A stretch of 64,000 nucleotides of DNA from Patescibacteria group bacterium. GTDB lineage: Bacteria > Patescibacteriota > Patescibacteriia > Patescibacteriales > UBA12075. The stretch covers positions 374 to 64,373 of the forward strand of contig JAKJDO010000004.1 in NCBI GenBank assembly GCA_022705905.1, read 5' to 3'. A program made the translations under genes and the position numbers. Below the pieces are notes generated by a model. The model was not told where the DNA came from. It saw only the letters and a program-made list of their open reading frames with translations, and searched no databases. How positions within the stretch are numbered: the first letter of the stretch is position 1; the number at the start of each line of letters is the position of its first letter. Positions 27,159 through 36,157 of the stretch are shown piece by piece.

Positions 27159-27827
27159 ATGACAGAAAAAAAGGAAAAGCAAGACAATTTAAAGACAGAA
27201 ACGGCTGTTGGCAACCAACCAGCAGTTGGCAACGAATTAACAGATAATTTAGCGTCTAGTAAATCAGTTTATTCAGAAAAGAAAAAAATAGAAAGAACTA
27301 AGAAAAGAATAGTCGGCAGAAGCGAAGTAAAAGACGAATATGAACAGAAAATTATTGATATAGCCAGAGTTACTCGTGTTATGGCTGGCGGTAAAAGAAT
27401 GCGCTTCCGGGCTTGTGTGGCCGTGGGCAACAAAAGCGGCAAGGTTGGAGTTGGAATTGCTAAGGGCGCTGATGTTACTTTAGCAGTGACCAAGGCAGTT
27501 AATGATGCTAAGAAAAAAATTGTTGATGTGTCAATTATTAACACCACCATTCCTCACGAAGTATATAACAAAACTGGAGCAGCTAAGGTTTTATTAAAAC
27601 CAGCCCGAAAGGGAAACGGCGTTATCGCTGGCGGAGCCGTCCGTATGGTTTTGGAATTAGCCGGCATCCAAAATATTACCAGCAAGAATTTGGGCACCAA
27701 TAATAAAGTCAATATAGCTAAATGCACAGTCGAGGCTTTACGCAGTTTGAAAAAAATTGAAAAGAATAAAAAGAATAATAATGACGCAAAGAACGAAGAA
27801 GTAAAAACAGAAAACTATAAAAAATAA
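27159..27827 (+). CDS. rpsE: 30S ribosomal protein S5 with N- and C-terminal extensions
   Basis: Core IIDIARVTRVMAGGKRMRFRACVAVGN...GAGVIAGGAVR, flanked by ~55-aa N-terminal and ~30-aa Lys/Asn-rich C-terminal regions. Confidence 0.94.
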   Translation: MTEKKEKQDNLKTETAVGNQPAVGNELTDNLASSKSVYSEKKKIERTKKRIVGRSEVKDEYEQKIIDIARVTRVMAGGKRMRFRACVAVGNKSGKVGVGIAKGADVTLAVTKAVNDAKKKIVDVSIINTTIPHEVYNKTGAAKVLLKPARKGNGVIAGGAVRMVLELAGIQNITSKNLGTNNKVNIAKCTVEALRSLKKIEKNKKNNNDAKNEEVKTENYKK

Positions 27828-27852
27828 ACAACAGTTAAATCGATAAAAATAT

Positions 27853-28296
27853 ATGGTCCTGAGAGCGCATCAATTAAAACCAGCCAATGGCGCGGTTAAA
27901 AAGAAAAAAAGAGTGGGCAGAGGTAATTCTTCTGGTCATGGTACTTATAGTACCCGTGGTTTGAAGGGACAAAAATCTCGTTCGGGCGTAAGCGGCCTAA
28001 AAAGATTAGGTATGCGCCAAGTGCTATTACGTACGCCCAAGCAAAGGGGCTTTAAATCAGCTTATATTAAAAGTCAGATAGTTAACTTGTCTTTACTTAA
28101 TGGATACTTTAAAGATAATGATAGCATTACTCCCGAAACTTTGTTATCTAAAAAGTTAGTTAAGACTACTAAGAATAACATAAAAATTTTAGCCGACGGA
28201 CAGCTTAAACTTAAAAATTTACGTTTTAAAGGCGTAAAATTCAGCGCTAGCGCTTGGGATAAAATAAAAGACAGCGGAGCAGTTTTAGAAAAATAA
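27853..28296 (+). CDS. rplO: 50S ribosomal protein L15
   Basis: KKKKRVGRGNSSGHGTYSTRGLKGQKSRSG signature. Follows rpsE directly, with no rpmD between them. Confidence 0.95.
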   Translation: MVLRAHQLKPANGAVKKKKRVGRGNSSGHGTYSTRGLKGQKSRSGVSGLKRLGMRQVLLRTPKQRGFKSAYIKSQIVNLSLLNGYFKDNDSITPETLLSKKLVKTTKNNIKILADGQLKLKNLRFKGVKFSASAWDKIKDSGAVLEK

Positions 28297-28330
28297 TTTT
28301 TTATAATTGGTAGTCTAATATTTATAAAAT

Positions 28331-29602
28331 ATGATGGGGAAAATTATCCAAATTTGGAAAGCCAGAGACTTAAGGAATAAGATTCTTTTTGTCTTGAGCA
28401 TGCTAGTTATTTTCCGTTTTGCTGCGCACATTCCCGTTCCCGGTGTTAACGCCGAAGCTTTAAAAGAGCTATTTGCATCTAATCAAGTATTAGGATTACT
28501 TAATATATTTTCCGGCGGCAGTATGGAAAATTTTTCGATTGTCATGATGGGTGTCGGACCATATATTACCGCTTCTATTATTTTTCAACTTTTGGCCATG
28601 ATCGTCCCCAAGCTAGAGGAGATGCAGAAAGAAGAGCAAGGCAGGCAGAAGATAAATATGTGGACTCGCTGGCTAACAGTGCCGTTGGGGGCATTGCAAG
28701 CATTCGGCATGATTACTTTGTTAAAAAGATCTTCGGCTGGAATTGTTAGCGATGATACTTTGTTCAATCTAGTATGCATGATTATAACCATAACCGCTGG
28801 TACTATTTTTTTGATGTGGATCGGCGAACTTATTACAGAAAAGAAAGTCGGCAATGGTATATCTTTAATAATTTTTGCCGGCATCGTAGCCAGTTTGCCC
28901 CAGTCAATTTATGAAGTTTTGATTTCCTACGATCCTTCCAAATTATTTATGATAATCGGTTTTTTGATAATCGCCGTTATTACAGTTATAGGTGTAGTAA
29001 TAATAACCGAAGCACAACGAAATATTCCGGTACAATACGCTAAACAAATAAGAGGCAATCGTATGTTTGGCGGCACCAGCACGCACTTGCCTTTACGCGT
29101 AAATATGGCAGGTGTTATCCCGATTATTTTTGCCATCTCCGTTATTTTATTTCCTTCAATGATCGCTCAATTTTTTATCCATGCTCGCACAGCCTTTATA
29201 GCTAACGCGGCCGAATGGACAATTGAAGTTTTCAACAACCAATTAGTTTACGGTATTTTTTATTTTTTGCTGGTTTTTGCTTTTACTTATTTTTATACCG
29301 AAGTTATTTTTCATCCCAACCAAATCGCTGAAAATCTGCAAAAACAAGGCGGCTTTATTCCGGGCATTAGACCGGGTCGGCATACTAGCGAATATTTAGC
29401 CAACACCACACATAAAATTATATTAGTCGGCGCTTTATTTCTAGGTATAATCGCAATTTTACCTTTAATTTTACGTTATTTCACCGGCATTCAGTCTTTA
29501 GCCATTGGCGGCACCAGCTTGTTAATCGTTGTGTCGGTTGTAATTGAAACTATGAAACAAATTGAAGCGCAGTTGACCATGAGAGAATATGAAGGCATGT
29601 AG
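28331..29602 (+). CDS. secY: Preprotein translocase subunit SecY
   Basis: 10-TM protein; GVGPYITASIIFQLL, GISLIIFAGI, IPGIRPG motifs. Confidence 0.96.
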   Translation: MMGKIIQIWKARDLRNKILFVLSMLVIFRFAAHIPVPGVNAEALKELFASNQVLGLLNIFSGGSMENFSIVMMGVGPYITASIIFQLLAMIVPKLEEMQKEEQGRQKINMWTRWLTVPLGALQAFGMITLLKRSSAGIVSDDTLFNLVCMIITITAGTIFLMWIGELITEKKVGNGISLIIFAGIVASLPQSIYEVLISYDPSKLFMIIGFLIIAVITVIGVVIITEAQRNIPVQYAKQIRGNRMFGGTSTHLPLRVNMAGVIPIIFAISVILFPSMIAQFFIHARTAFIANAAEWTIEVFNNQLVYGIFYFLLVFAFTYFYTEVIFHPNQIAENLQKQGGFIPGIRPGRHTSEYLANTTHKIILVGALFLGIIAILPLILRYFTGIQSLAIGGTSLLIVVSVVIETMKQIEAQLTMREYEGM

Positions 29603-29626
29603 TAAAAAAATTTTTATACAGAAAAT

Positions 29627-29653
29627 AAAAAACCGGTTTAAAACCGGTTTTTT
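29627..29653 (+). terminator. Terminator after secY
   Basis: AAACCGG...CCGGTTT palindromic hairpin followed by a T run. Confidence 0.6.
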
Positions 29654-29671
29654 GGTTTTTGGTTTTAATTA

Positions 29672-29680
29672 TGTTATAAT
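29672..29680 (+). promoter_or_regulatory. Extended -10 element TGTTATAAT upstream of the ABC transporter genes
   Basis: Same ATGTTATAAT as at 941 and 50702; lies 57 nt before the ATG at 29737. Confidence 0.4.
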
Positions 29681-29736
29681 AAGTAAGGATTACTTAAAAT
29701 ATCAACAGCTATTTTTGTTGATTTTTTAGCTATTTT

Positions 29737-31527
29737 ATGGAGTCGATTATTAGAACTAAAAATTTAAATTTTGTTTATAATAAAGGCAAGGACAACGAGT
29801 TTCATGCTCTGGTTAATATTAATATGGAAATATACCCAGAAGAGTTTATTATGTTTTTTGGTCCTTCTGGTTGCGGTAAGTCAACCTTGCTTAACGTTGT
29901 AGCTGGCCTAGAAACGCCTGACGAAGGTAGTGAGGTAACGGTTTTAGGAAGAGATATGATGAAATTAACCAGCAAACAATTTGCCGAATATCACCGCAAT
30001 GATTTAGGTATGGTATTTCAGGCCTATAATTTAATTACTAGTTTATCGGTTTTGGACAACGTGGCTTTACCACAGATGTTTTTAAACGTGGGCAAGCGAA
30101 GAAGAGAAAAATGGGCCATGCAGCTATTAGAGCGGTTTGGCATTGATAAACAGTCAAAAAAAATTCCGACCGAGCTGTCTGGCGGTCAACAGCAGCGTAT
30201 CGGCATAGCTAGGGCTATTGTCAATAATCCTAAAATAGTTTTAGCTGATGAGCCGGTCGGTAACCTTGATTCAGTGTCAGCTAAAAATGTATTAGAAATA
30301 TTAGGTCAGCTGAATGAGATTGAAAAAAAGACTATTATAATGGTTACGCATAATCCGGAAAATTTAGTTTATGCTGACCGTATCTTTTATTTGAAGGACG
30401 GAACTATTATCCGTGAAGTGGTTAATAAAGATAAACATAAAGAGATAATGAAGCAGGAACAGAAAACGGCTGCCGCTGAAATTACCGATTTAATGCGCGC
30501 TTATCACGGTTTGACTCCGGAGCAAATCAATATTCTTATCATGCCCTATAAATCCAGAATTTTTGCCCATCATTTTATTACCTCGCGCAGTATGGAGGAG
30601 ACCAAGGTTTTTGAAGATATTATTCAACGCCGCTTAATGGGAACTGCCTCCGGTCAAGAAATGTTTGAAACATTACATCGTCCGTCTGTCGATGGCGGCG
30701 TTGGTTTTAATATTCATACAGCTGAAAAAATAATGGCTAGAATAAACAGGGCTTTGGAGATGTCTTATTTTGTTTACCAGACTCATCATCAAAAAAAGAA
30801 TGTTGACGGCAGCCATGAAAAAGTTACCGACGATGAAAAGGTTGAAAAGCTCACTACCTATTTGCTGCACACCTGTTATGATGAGCATGCTAAGAATTTA
30901 AAGCCGGAGCAAATAGTTCGTTTGAAAAAGGCTGTTAAAGATAGGATAACAAATGCTATACAGAAAAATGGTTTTTATACAGCTCTTGACCAGCCATTTA
31001 AAGAAGAGGGGGTTGGCTTAAATAGTGTCACAGCTAAAGACGTTACCGAAGAAATAGAGCTGATTTTGATTTTGGGTTTCGGTATCGTTAAAATAAATCC
31101 ACAAGATATCGAGGGACTTGATAGCGAAGACGATGATCAGGTGAAGCAAGCGGGAGATAAGACCGCTGACAAAGAGAATGCTCTAAATAGTTTGCAAGCA
31201 GACAGTAATATTGATCAAACAGAGAAGAAAGACGGTGAAGTAAAAGAGGGCATCATTTTAACAGTTGATAATTATCAGAGCGGTAATACAAAACATAACT
31301 TTTTGGACGGGATGAAAGAAGGGGGAGATAAGGGCAAAAAAGACACCATACAAGAAGAAAATAAAAATATAGTTGATGAGCAAGTAATTGACTCTAAAAA
31401 TGATAAGACCGAAGTAATCTTTGAGGAAGACACTTCTTTGCAGGATGCGATTATTGCGGCCCAAGAAAGAGAAAAACAACTAAAAGAAGCCGACAAAACG
31501 AATAAGGATAATAATCAATATTTTTAA
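29737..31527 (+). CDS. ABC transporter ATP-binding protein (MacB/LolD/FtsE-like) with ~370-aa C-terminal extension of unknown function
   Basis: Walker A GPSGCGKST, signature LSGGQQQR, Walker B VLADEP within the first ~225 aa. The remainder is helical then acidic and low-complexity. Confidence 0.85.
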   Translation: MESIIRTKNLNFVYNKGKDNEFHALVNINMEIYPEEFIMFFGPSGCGKSTLLNVVAGLETPDEGSEVTVLGRDMMKLTSKQFAEYHRNDLGMVFQAYNLITSLSVLDNVALPQMFLNVGKRRREKWAMQLLERFGIDKQSKKIPTELSGGQQQRIGIARAIVNNPKIVLADEPVGNLDSVSAKNVLEILGQLNEIEKKTIIMVTHNPENLVYADRIFYLKDGTIIREVVNKDKHKEIMKQEQKTAAAEITDLMRAYHGLTPEQINILIMPYKSRIFAHHFITSRSMEETKVFEDIIQRRLMGTASGQEMFETLHRPSVDGGVGFNIHTAEKIMARINRALEMSYFVYQTHHQKKNVDGSHEKVTDDEKVEKLTTYLLHTCYDEHAKNLKPEQIVRLKKAVKDRITNAIQKNGFYTALDQPFKEEGVGLNSVTAKDVTEEIELILILGFGIVKINPQDIEGLDSEDDDQVKQAGDKTADKENALNSLQADSNIDQTEKKDGEVKEGIILTVDNYQSGNTKHNFLDGMKEGGDKGKKDTIQEENKNIVDEQVIDSKNDKTEVIFEEDTSLQDAIIAAQEREKQLKEADKTNKDNNQYF

Positions 31528-31537
31528 ATAATTTTTT

Positions 31538-32737
31538 ATGTTAGTTACTGACATTTTCCGTTTAGCGACCAGAATGTTTCGCACCAACACATCTCGTACT
31601 CTGCTTACAATTTTAGGCATCAGCGTCGGTATTGGCGCTATTTTATTTTTACTTTCACTCGGTTATGGCTTGCAAAATTTGATTTTAAATCAGATTACTA
31701 CTTCTGACGCCCTATTGAGTTTAGATGTTACCGCCGGAGAAATTGAAAACTTAAAATTAAACGATGATTCTTTAAAGCAAATTAAAGAAACAATCGGCGT
31801 CGAAAAGGTTAGCCAGCTTATTTCCGCGCAAGGCCAAATGAAAGTTGGCGATATTTCAACCGAGCTGTTGGTGAATTTTGCCAATCAGGATTTTTTTAAA
31901 TTGGATGGCACGACTATTAAAAAAGGTGATTTTTATACCGACGAAGAAGGCGATAATAGTAAAATCATTATCTCTTCTTCGGCTTTGCAACTTTTTAATT
32001 TAAGTGAAGAAGATGCTTTTGAGAAAACAATTAAGTTTACTATATTAGTTCCGATTTTAGAAAATAGCAATGAAACCAAATCAGTCGAGCTTGACAATGA
32101 ATTTAAAATTGTTGGCATTATTCAAGAAGAAGGTTCTAACTACGCCTATATGCCGTTGTCTTGGGGCAATCAGCTAGGCATTAAAGATTATAATAAAATT
32201 AAAGTTAAAGTCAGATCGGAGGGCGACTTAACTATTGCTCGTAGCGCTATAATGGAAAAGGGTTATTCGGTCAGCGCTTTATCTGATATCATTGAGCAAG
32301 CCAAGCAGGTATTTAATATAGTTCAGATAGTTTTAGCTTCTTTTGGAGTTGTCGCCCTAATCGTCAGCGCCATTGGCATGTTTAACACTATGACTATTGC
32401 CCTTTTGGAAAGAACGCAGGAAATCGGTATTATGAAAGCTTTAGGGGCAACCAGCGGCGATGTTTGGCAGATGTTTCTAGCAGAAGCAGTAATTATCGGT
32501 TTTTTAGGCGGCTTGGGCGGTATTATTATCGGTTGGGCAGGCGGACAAGGATTTAATTATGGCATCAATTTGCTCGCCGGCGCTTTTGGCGGTGATAAAA
32601 TCGATATTTTTTATACGCCGTTTTGGTTTGTAACTTTAATTATTAGTTTTTCTACTATCGTTGGTTTGCTTACCGGTTTTTATCCAGCACGGCGAGCTGC
32701 TAAGATCAGTCCGTTAGTGGCGTTGAGATATAAATAA
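31538..32737 (+). CDS. ABC transporter permease, FtsX/MacB family
   Basis: N-terminal TM, ~230-aa extracytoplasmic domain, then 3 C-terminal TMs with the FtsX-type motif (IGIMKALGAT...). Confidence 0.85.
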   Translation: MLVTDIFRLATRMFRTNTSRTLLTILGISVGIGAILFLLSLGYGLQNLILNQITTSDALLSLDVTAGEIENLKLNDDSLKQIKETIGVEKVSQLISAQGQMKVGDISTELLVNFANQDFFKLDGTTIKKGDFYTDEEGDNSKIIISSSALQLFNLSEEDAFEKTIKFTILVPILENSNETKSVELDNEFKIVGIIQEEGSNYAYMPLSWGNQLGIKDYNKIKVKVRSEGDLTIARSAIMEKGYSVSALSDIIEQAKQVFNIVQIVLASFGVVALIVSAIGMFNTMTIALLERTQEIGIMKALGATSGDVWQMFLAEAVIIGFLGGLGGIIIGWAGGQGFNYGINLLAGAFGGDKIDIFYTPFWFVTLIISFSTIVGLLTGFYPARRAAKISPLVALRYK

Positions 32738-32791
32738 TGTAAAGTTGAAAAATCAAAATGAGTAATAAAAATATAAATTAATTTTTAAATT

Positions 32792-33073
32792 ATGAAATTG
32801 AATTATAGAGCATATTCGGAAGGATTGAAAAAAATATCAGGAGAAGAAATGAAAAAAAAGGTTGGCGTTGTAAGAATGAAAGATGCTTCTGGTAAATTTG
32901 AAAGATTAGAAGGAGCGGCTTTAAGATATAAAGTGGTCGACTTGGTTAGGGGAGGAAAATCTAGAATGCAAATAGTCGAGGAGCTAAAAAAAAGCGGAGT
33001 TAATATGGATCAGTTTGAAAAAAGAAATAAAATTATGGCCCTAATTGACTCTCTATATAGCAAGGAAAAATAA
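32792..33073 (+). CDS. Small basic hypothetical protein (paralogous to the N-terminal region of the next gene)
   Basis: 93 aa. Shares LKKIS...V(R/K)MK..GK...K(V/I)..L...G...L.K pattern with 33140..34138. Confidence 0.55.
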   Translation: MKLNYRAYSEGLKKISGEEMKKKVGVVRMKDASGKFERLEGAALRYKVVDLVRGGKSRMQIVEELKKSGVNMDQFEKRNKIMALIDSLYSKEK

Positions 33074-33139
33074 TAAATGATTTTCTATTTTACATTGTCA
33101 TTTTGCATTTTGATTTTTTAATTTTAAATTTTAGATATA

Positions 33140-34138
33140 ATGTCTCTTTTATTTCCATCTCCAAGTAGTAATTCTAAACCGTCGCTCTCTAAGAATTTCA
33201 AAGTTAGCAGTCAAACACAGCTAAAGAAAATTAGCCAAACTTATTGGCGCAACCAATTGCCAAAAAAGGGTATAAAAATGAAAGGCGAGGACGGAAAATT
33301 GTCTTACTTTAAACACCCAGCAGTACAGGCAAAGATTTTTCAGTTGTTAAAGAAAAGAGGCCATGTTACCGAAACAACTTTGGGGGAAGACTTGATGAAA
33401 GAGAGGGTAAAATCTCTTGATCGTGCTAAAGTAATCAATGCTTTGCGCGGTAAATTTGCTAAAAAGGAGGACGGCGCTTTAACTTCTGAGGAAATTTTAG
33501 CTAACGTTAAACGATCGCGGGCAGTTAGCCGTTTAATGAGCACTAAAGGGATGTCAAAAGCCCAGGAGATTGCCAGGGGCAGGCACACAGAGAACATAAA
33601 AGAAAAATTTAAAGAAGAAACCTACGCTCGTTTGAATGTTCATGGTGAGAGCCATGCTGTTAGCGCTCTTGGCGGTCAGATGGTTAACCCTGACGATGCG
33701 CGTTATAAGGAACAGCAAGGCGGGAATAATGGGCCTGCGACTAGCGCTGTTAACCGCGGTCCAATTAAATCTGTCACTGTTGGCAGTAAAGATATATCGA
33801 GTGGCAAGGAGAAAGAATCGTCTCTGGCCCCCGGACTTGGTTTGAAAAAAACAGAGAAAAATAAGGGAGGAGCTGATCCTAATAATCAAAAAAAAGAAAG
33901 TGGAGTTTTTGGCAACATTGTTTCTTTGGCCGAAAAAAAGAATAGAATTTTAGGAGAGGAAAACGTCCAGCCAAATGATGACGAGGTTTTAAGACCCCAT
34001 ATTTTAGGCAGAGGACCAGTTTTTGATTCAGAATGGCAGGGCGGTGTTGTTCTCAGAAAAGGTAGAAAAACAATGCATTTTCCTGAGGATAAAAAAGACA
34101 ATAGCGAGGAAGATTTTCAATATAAAAAAGCTGCATAA
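33140..34138 (+). CDS. Basic hypothetical protein, 332 aa
   Basis: Long ORF immediately upstream of adk; Lys-rich; no recognised domain. Confidence 0.6.
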   Translation: MSLLFPSPSSNSKPSLSKNFKVSSQTQLKKISQTYWRNQLPKKGIKMKGEDGKLSYFKHPAVQAKIFQLLKKRGHVTETTLGEDLMKERVKSLDRAKVINALRGKFAKKEDGALTSEEILANVKRSRAVSRLMSTKGMSKAQEIARGRHTENIKEKFKEETYARLNVHGESHAVSALGGQMVNPDDARYKEQQGGNNGPATSAVNRGPIKSVTVGSKDISSGKEKESSLAPGLGLKKTEKNKGGADPNNQKKESGVFGNIVSLAEKKNRILGEENVQPNDDEVLRPHILGRGPVFDSEWQGGVVLRKGRKTMHFPEDKKDNSEEDFQYKKAA

Positions 34139-34146
34139 TTAAAAAA

Positions 34147-34809
34147 ATGAAAAAAACTATTATATTATTTTTTGGACCGCCCGGTTCGGGCAAGGGAACG
34201 CAAAGTGATGCGCTTGGGCAGAAACTGAATCTGCCCGTTATTTCTCCAGGCGAATTATTACGCCACGAAGAAGAAAAAAGAACAAAATTAGGCTTGTTGG
34301 TGTCAAAAAATTTGGCTAACGGCAAGTTGGTTTCCGACAGTATTATTGACAAGATTCTTAGCGCTAGATTAGTACGACCAGATGCTAGGCGCGGTTTTAT
34401 TCTTGACGGTTATCCTCGCAACAAGTCTCAGTTGGAATGGTTAAAGAAAAAAATAAAAAGAATCTCAAAAATTGAAGATAAAATAATAGCTATTCATATT
34501 AATGTTAGCGACAGAGAAGTTAAGTCACGTATCGGCGGTCGTCGCGTTTGCGATTGTGGCGCCGCTTATCACCTAAAACATAATCCGCCAATTCACATTG
34601 GTCTTTGTGATTTGTGCGGTAAAAAATTAAAACAAAGAGAAGATGACAAGCCGAAGATTGTTAAAGAGAGACTGTCTCATTTTCGTAAATCAATTAAATC
34701 AATTGTTGGTTATTTTAAGAAAAATTATACATTCATTAATGTGGACGGTGAACAAAGTATAAAAGCTATTGAATTAGAAATTACTAAAAAAATAAATGAA
34801 TTGAAATGA
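34147..34809 (+). CDS. adk: Adenylate kinase (zinc-lid type)
   Basis: GPPGSGKGTQ P-loop; lid CDCG...CDLCG. Confidence 0.95.
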   Translation: MKKTIILFFGPPGSGKGTQSDALGQKLNLPVISPGELLRHEEEKRTKLGLLVSKNLANGKLVSDSIIDKILSARLVRPDARRGFILDGYPRNKSQLEWLKKKIKRISKIEDKIIAIHINVSDREVKSRIGGRRVCDCGAAYHLKHNPPIHIGLCDLCGKKLKQREDDKPKIVKERLSHFRKSIKSIVGYFKKNYTFINVDGEQSIKAIELEITKKINELK

Positions 34810-35634
34810 ATGATTAGAATAAAAACAGAGGCAGAAATAAATATTTTAAGGCAGGGAGGCAAAATTTTAGCCGGAGTTCTTAATGAAGTGGCTAAAGTTG
34901 TTAAGCCTGGAGTAACGACAGCTGACCTAGAAAACTTAGCTTTAAAGCTTATCAGCGAGGCTGGAGGCCGTCCAGCTTTTAAGGGTTTAAAAATGTATAA
35001 TCGTAAACATTTCCCTACCGCCCTATGCACTTCTATTAATGACGAAATAGTTCATGCTCCGGCTTTGCCGGCGCGCGAATTTAAAGCAGGCGACATTGTC
35101 GGCATTGATATCGGCATGGAGTATCCCCTAAATAGCAAAAAAAGTAAAGACGTTTATAATCGATTCTCAAAAAAAGGCGGCTATTATACCGATATGGCTA
35201 TTACGGTGCCAGTCGGCGCTATAAATAAAGACATAAAGAAGCTAGTAGATGTAACAAGGCAGTCTTTATATGAGGGAATAAAAGAAGCAAAGGCTGGAGT
35301 TCGTTTAAATAATATTGGACGCGCTATACAAAAATATGTCGAGAGTCAAGGTTTTTCAGTAGTACGGGAGCTGGTCGGGCATGGCGTCGGACATGAGATT
35401 CATGAAGATCCTCAGGTTTTAAATTATGCCATGAAAAACAGCAGAGAAGATAATATTGAATTAAAGCCAGGAATGGTTTTGGCAATCGAGCCGATGGTTA
35501 ATCTTGGTAAATGGCATGCTCGCGAAGCACCTGATGGTTTTACCATCGTTACCCATGACGGCAGTTTAAGCGCTCATTTTGAGCATACAGTCGCCATTAC
35601 GAATGATGGTCCAGTAGTACTTACAGCATTGTAA
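34810..35634 (+). CDS. map: Methionine aminopeptidase type I
   Basis: HGVGHEIHEDP, AIEPM metal-ligand blocks. The ATG abuts the adk TGA. Confidence 0.95.
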   Translation: MIRIKTEAEINILRQGGKILAGVLNEVAKVVKPGVTTADLENLALKLISEAGGRPAFKGLKMYNRKHFPTALCTSINDEIVHAPALPAREFKAGDIVGIDIGMEYPLNSKKSKDVYNRFSKKGGYYTDMAITVPVGAINKDIKKLVDVTRQSLYEGIKEAKAGVRLNNIGRAIQKYVESQGFSVVRELVGHGVGHEIHEDPQVLNYAMKNSREDNIELKPGMVLAIEPMVNLGKWHAREAPDGFTIVTHDGSLSAHFEHTVAITNDGPVVLTAL

Positions 35635-35765
35635 TAAACTAAGATTGCGTATGGGCGCGAACTTCATGTTTTCCAAATTTACTAATTTTCAATTTTTAAA
35701 AAATTTTTGGATAACGAAACTTTAAGCCAAATTATTTTGAAAATTAGAAAAATTTTTATTAATTT

Positions 35766-36155
35766 ATGTCTGACAAAATAGTAAAATATCTTGGAATTGA
35801 TTGGGGCGAAAAAAGGATAGGGCTTTCTTTGGGGGATAGTGAAAATAAAATCGCTATACCATTTAAGGTTGTTATTGAAATTGATGAAATATTATCAGCA
35901 GTAAAAGAAGAAGACATTGATGAAATAATTATTGGCGAGCCATTGGCAATGAACGGTGACTTGACAAATAAAGATAAATATTTATTTTTTTTAGAAGAGT
36001 TAAGAGCTGAAGTTGATTTGCCCGTTAAAGCATTTGATGAAAGATTGTCCAGTAAGGCAGCTGACGCTTTGTCGGGAGATAAAAAAACCAAAGCGTCGCG
36101 TGATGCAGTGGCGGCCATGTTAATACTTCAAAGTTTTTTTGATAGAAATCTTTAA
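35766..36155 (+). CDS. ruvX: Holliday junction resolvase-like YqgF/RuvX
   Basis: YLGIDWGEKRIGLSLGD N-terminal motif; 129 aa. Confidence 0.85.
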   Translation: MSDKIVKYLGIDWGEKRIGLSLGDSENKIAIPFKVVIEIDEILSAVKEEDIDEIIIGEPLAMNGDLTNKDKYLFFLEELRAEVDLPVKAFDERLSSKAADALSGDKKTKASRDAVAAMLILQSFFDRNL

Positions 36156-36157
36156 TT

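Noticed and set aside
34807-34812. Alternative genetic code (UGA recoded), as in some CPR lineages
   Set aside because: TGA terminates well-conserved proteins at their expected lengths (adk at 34807-34809, the 914-aa gene, receiver-like gene 3). No conserved gene requires read-through, so code 11 fits.
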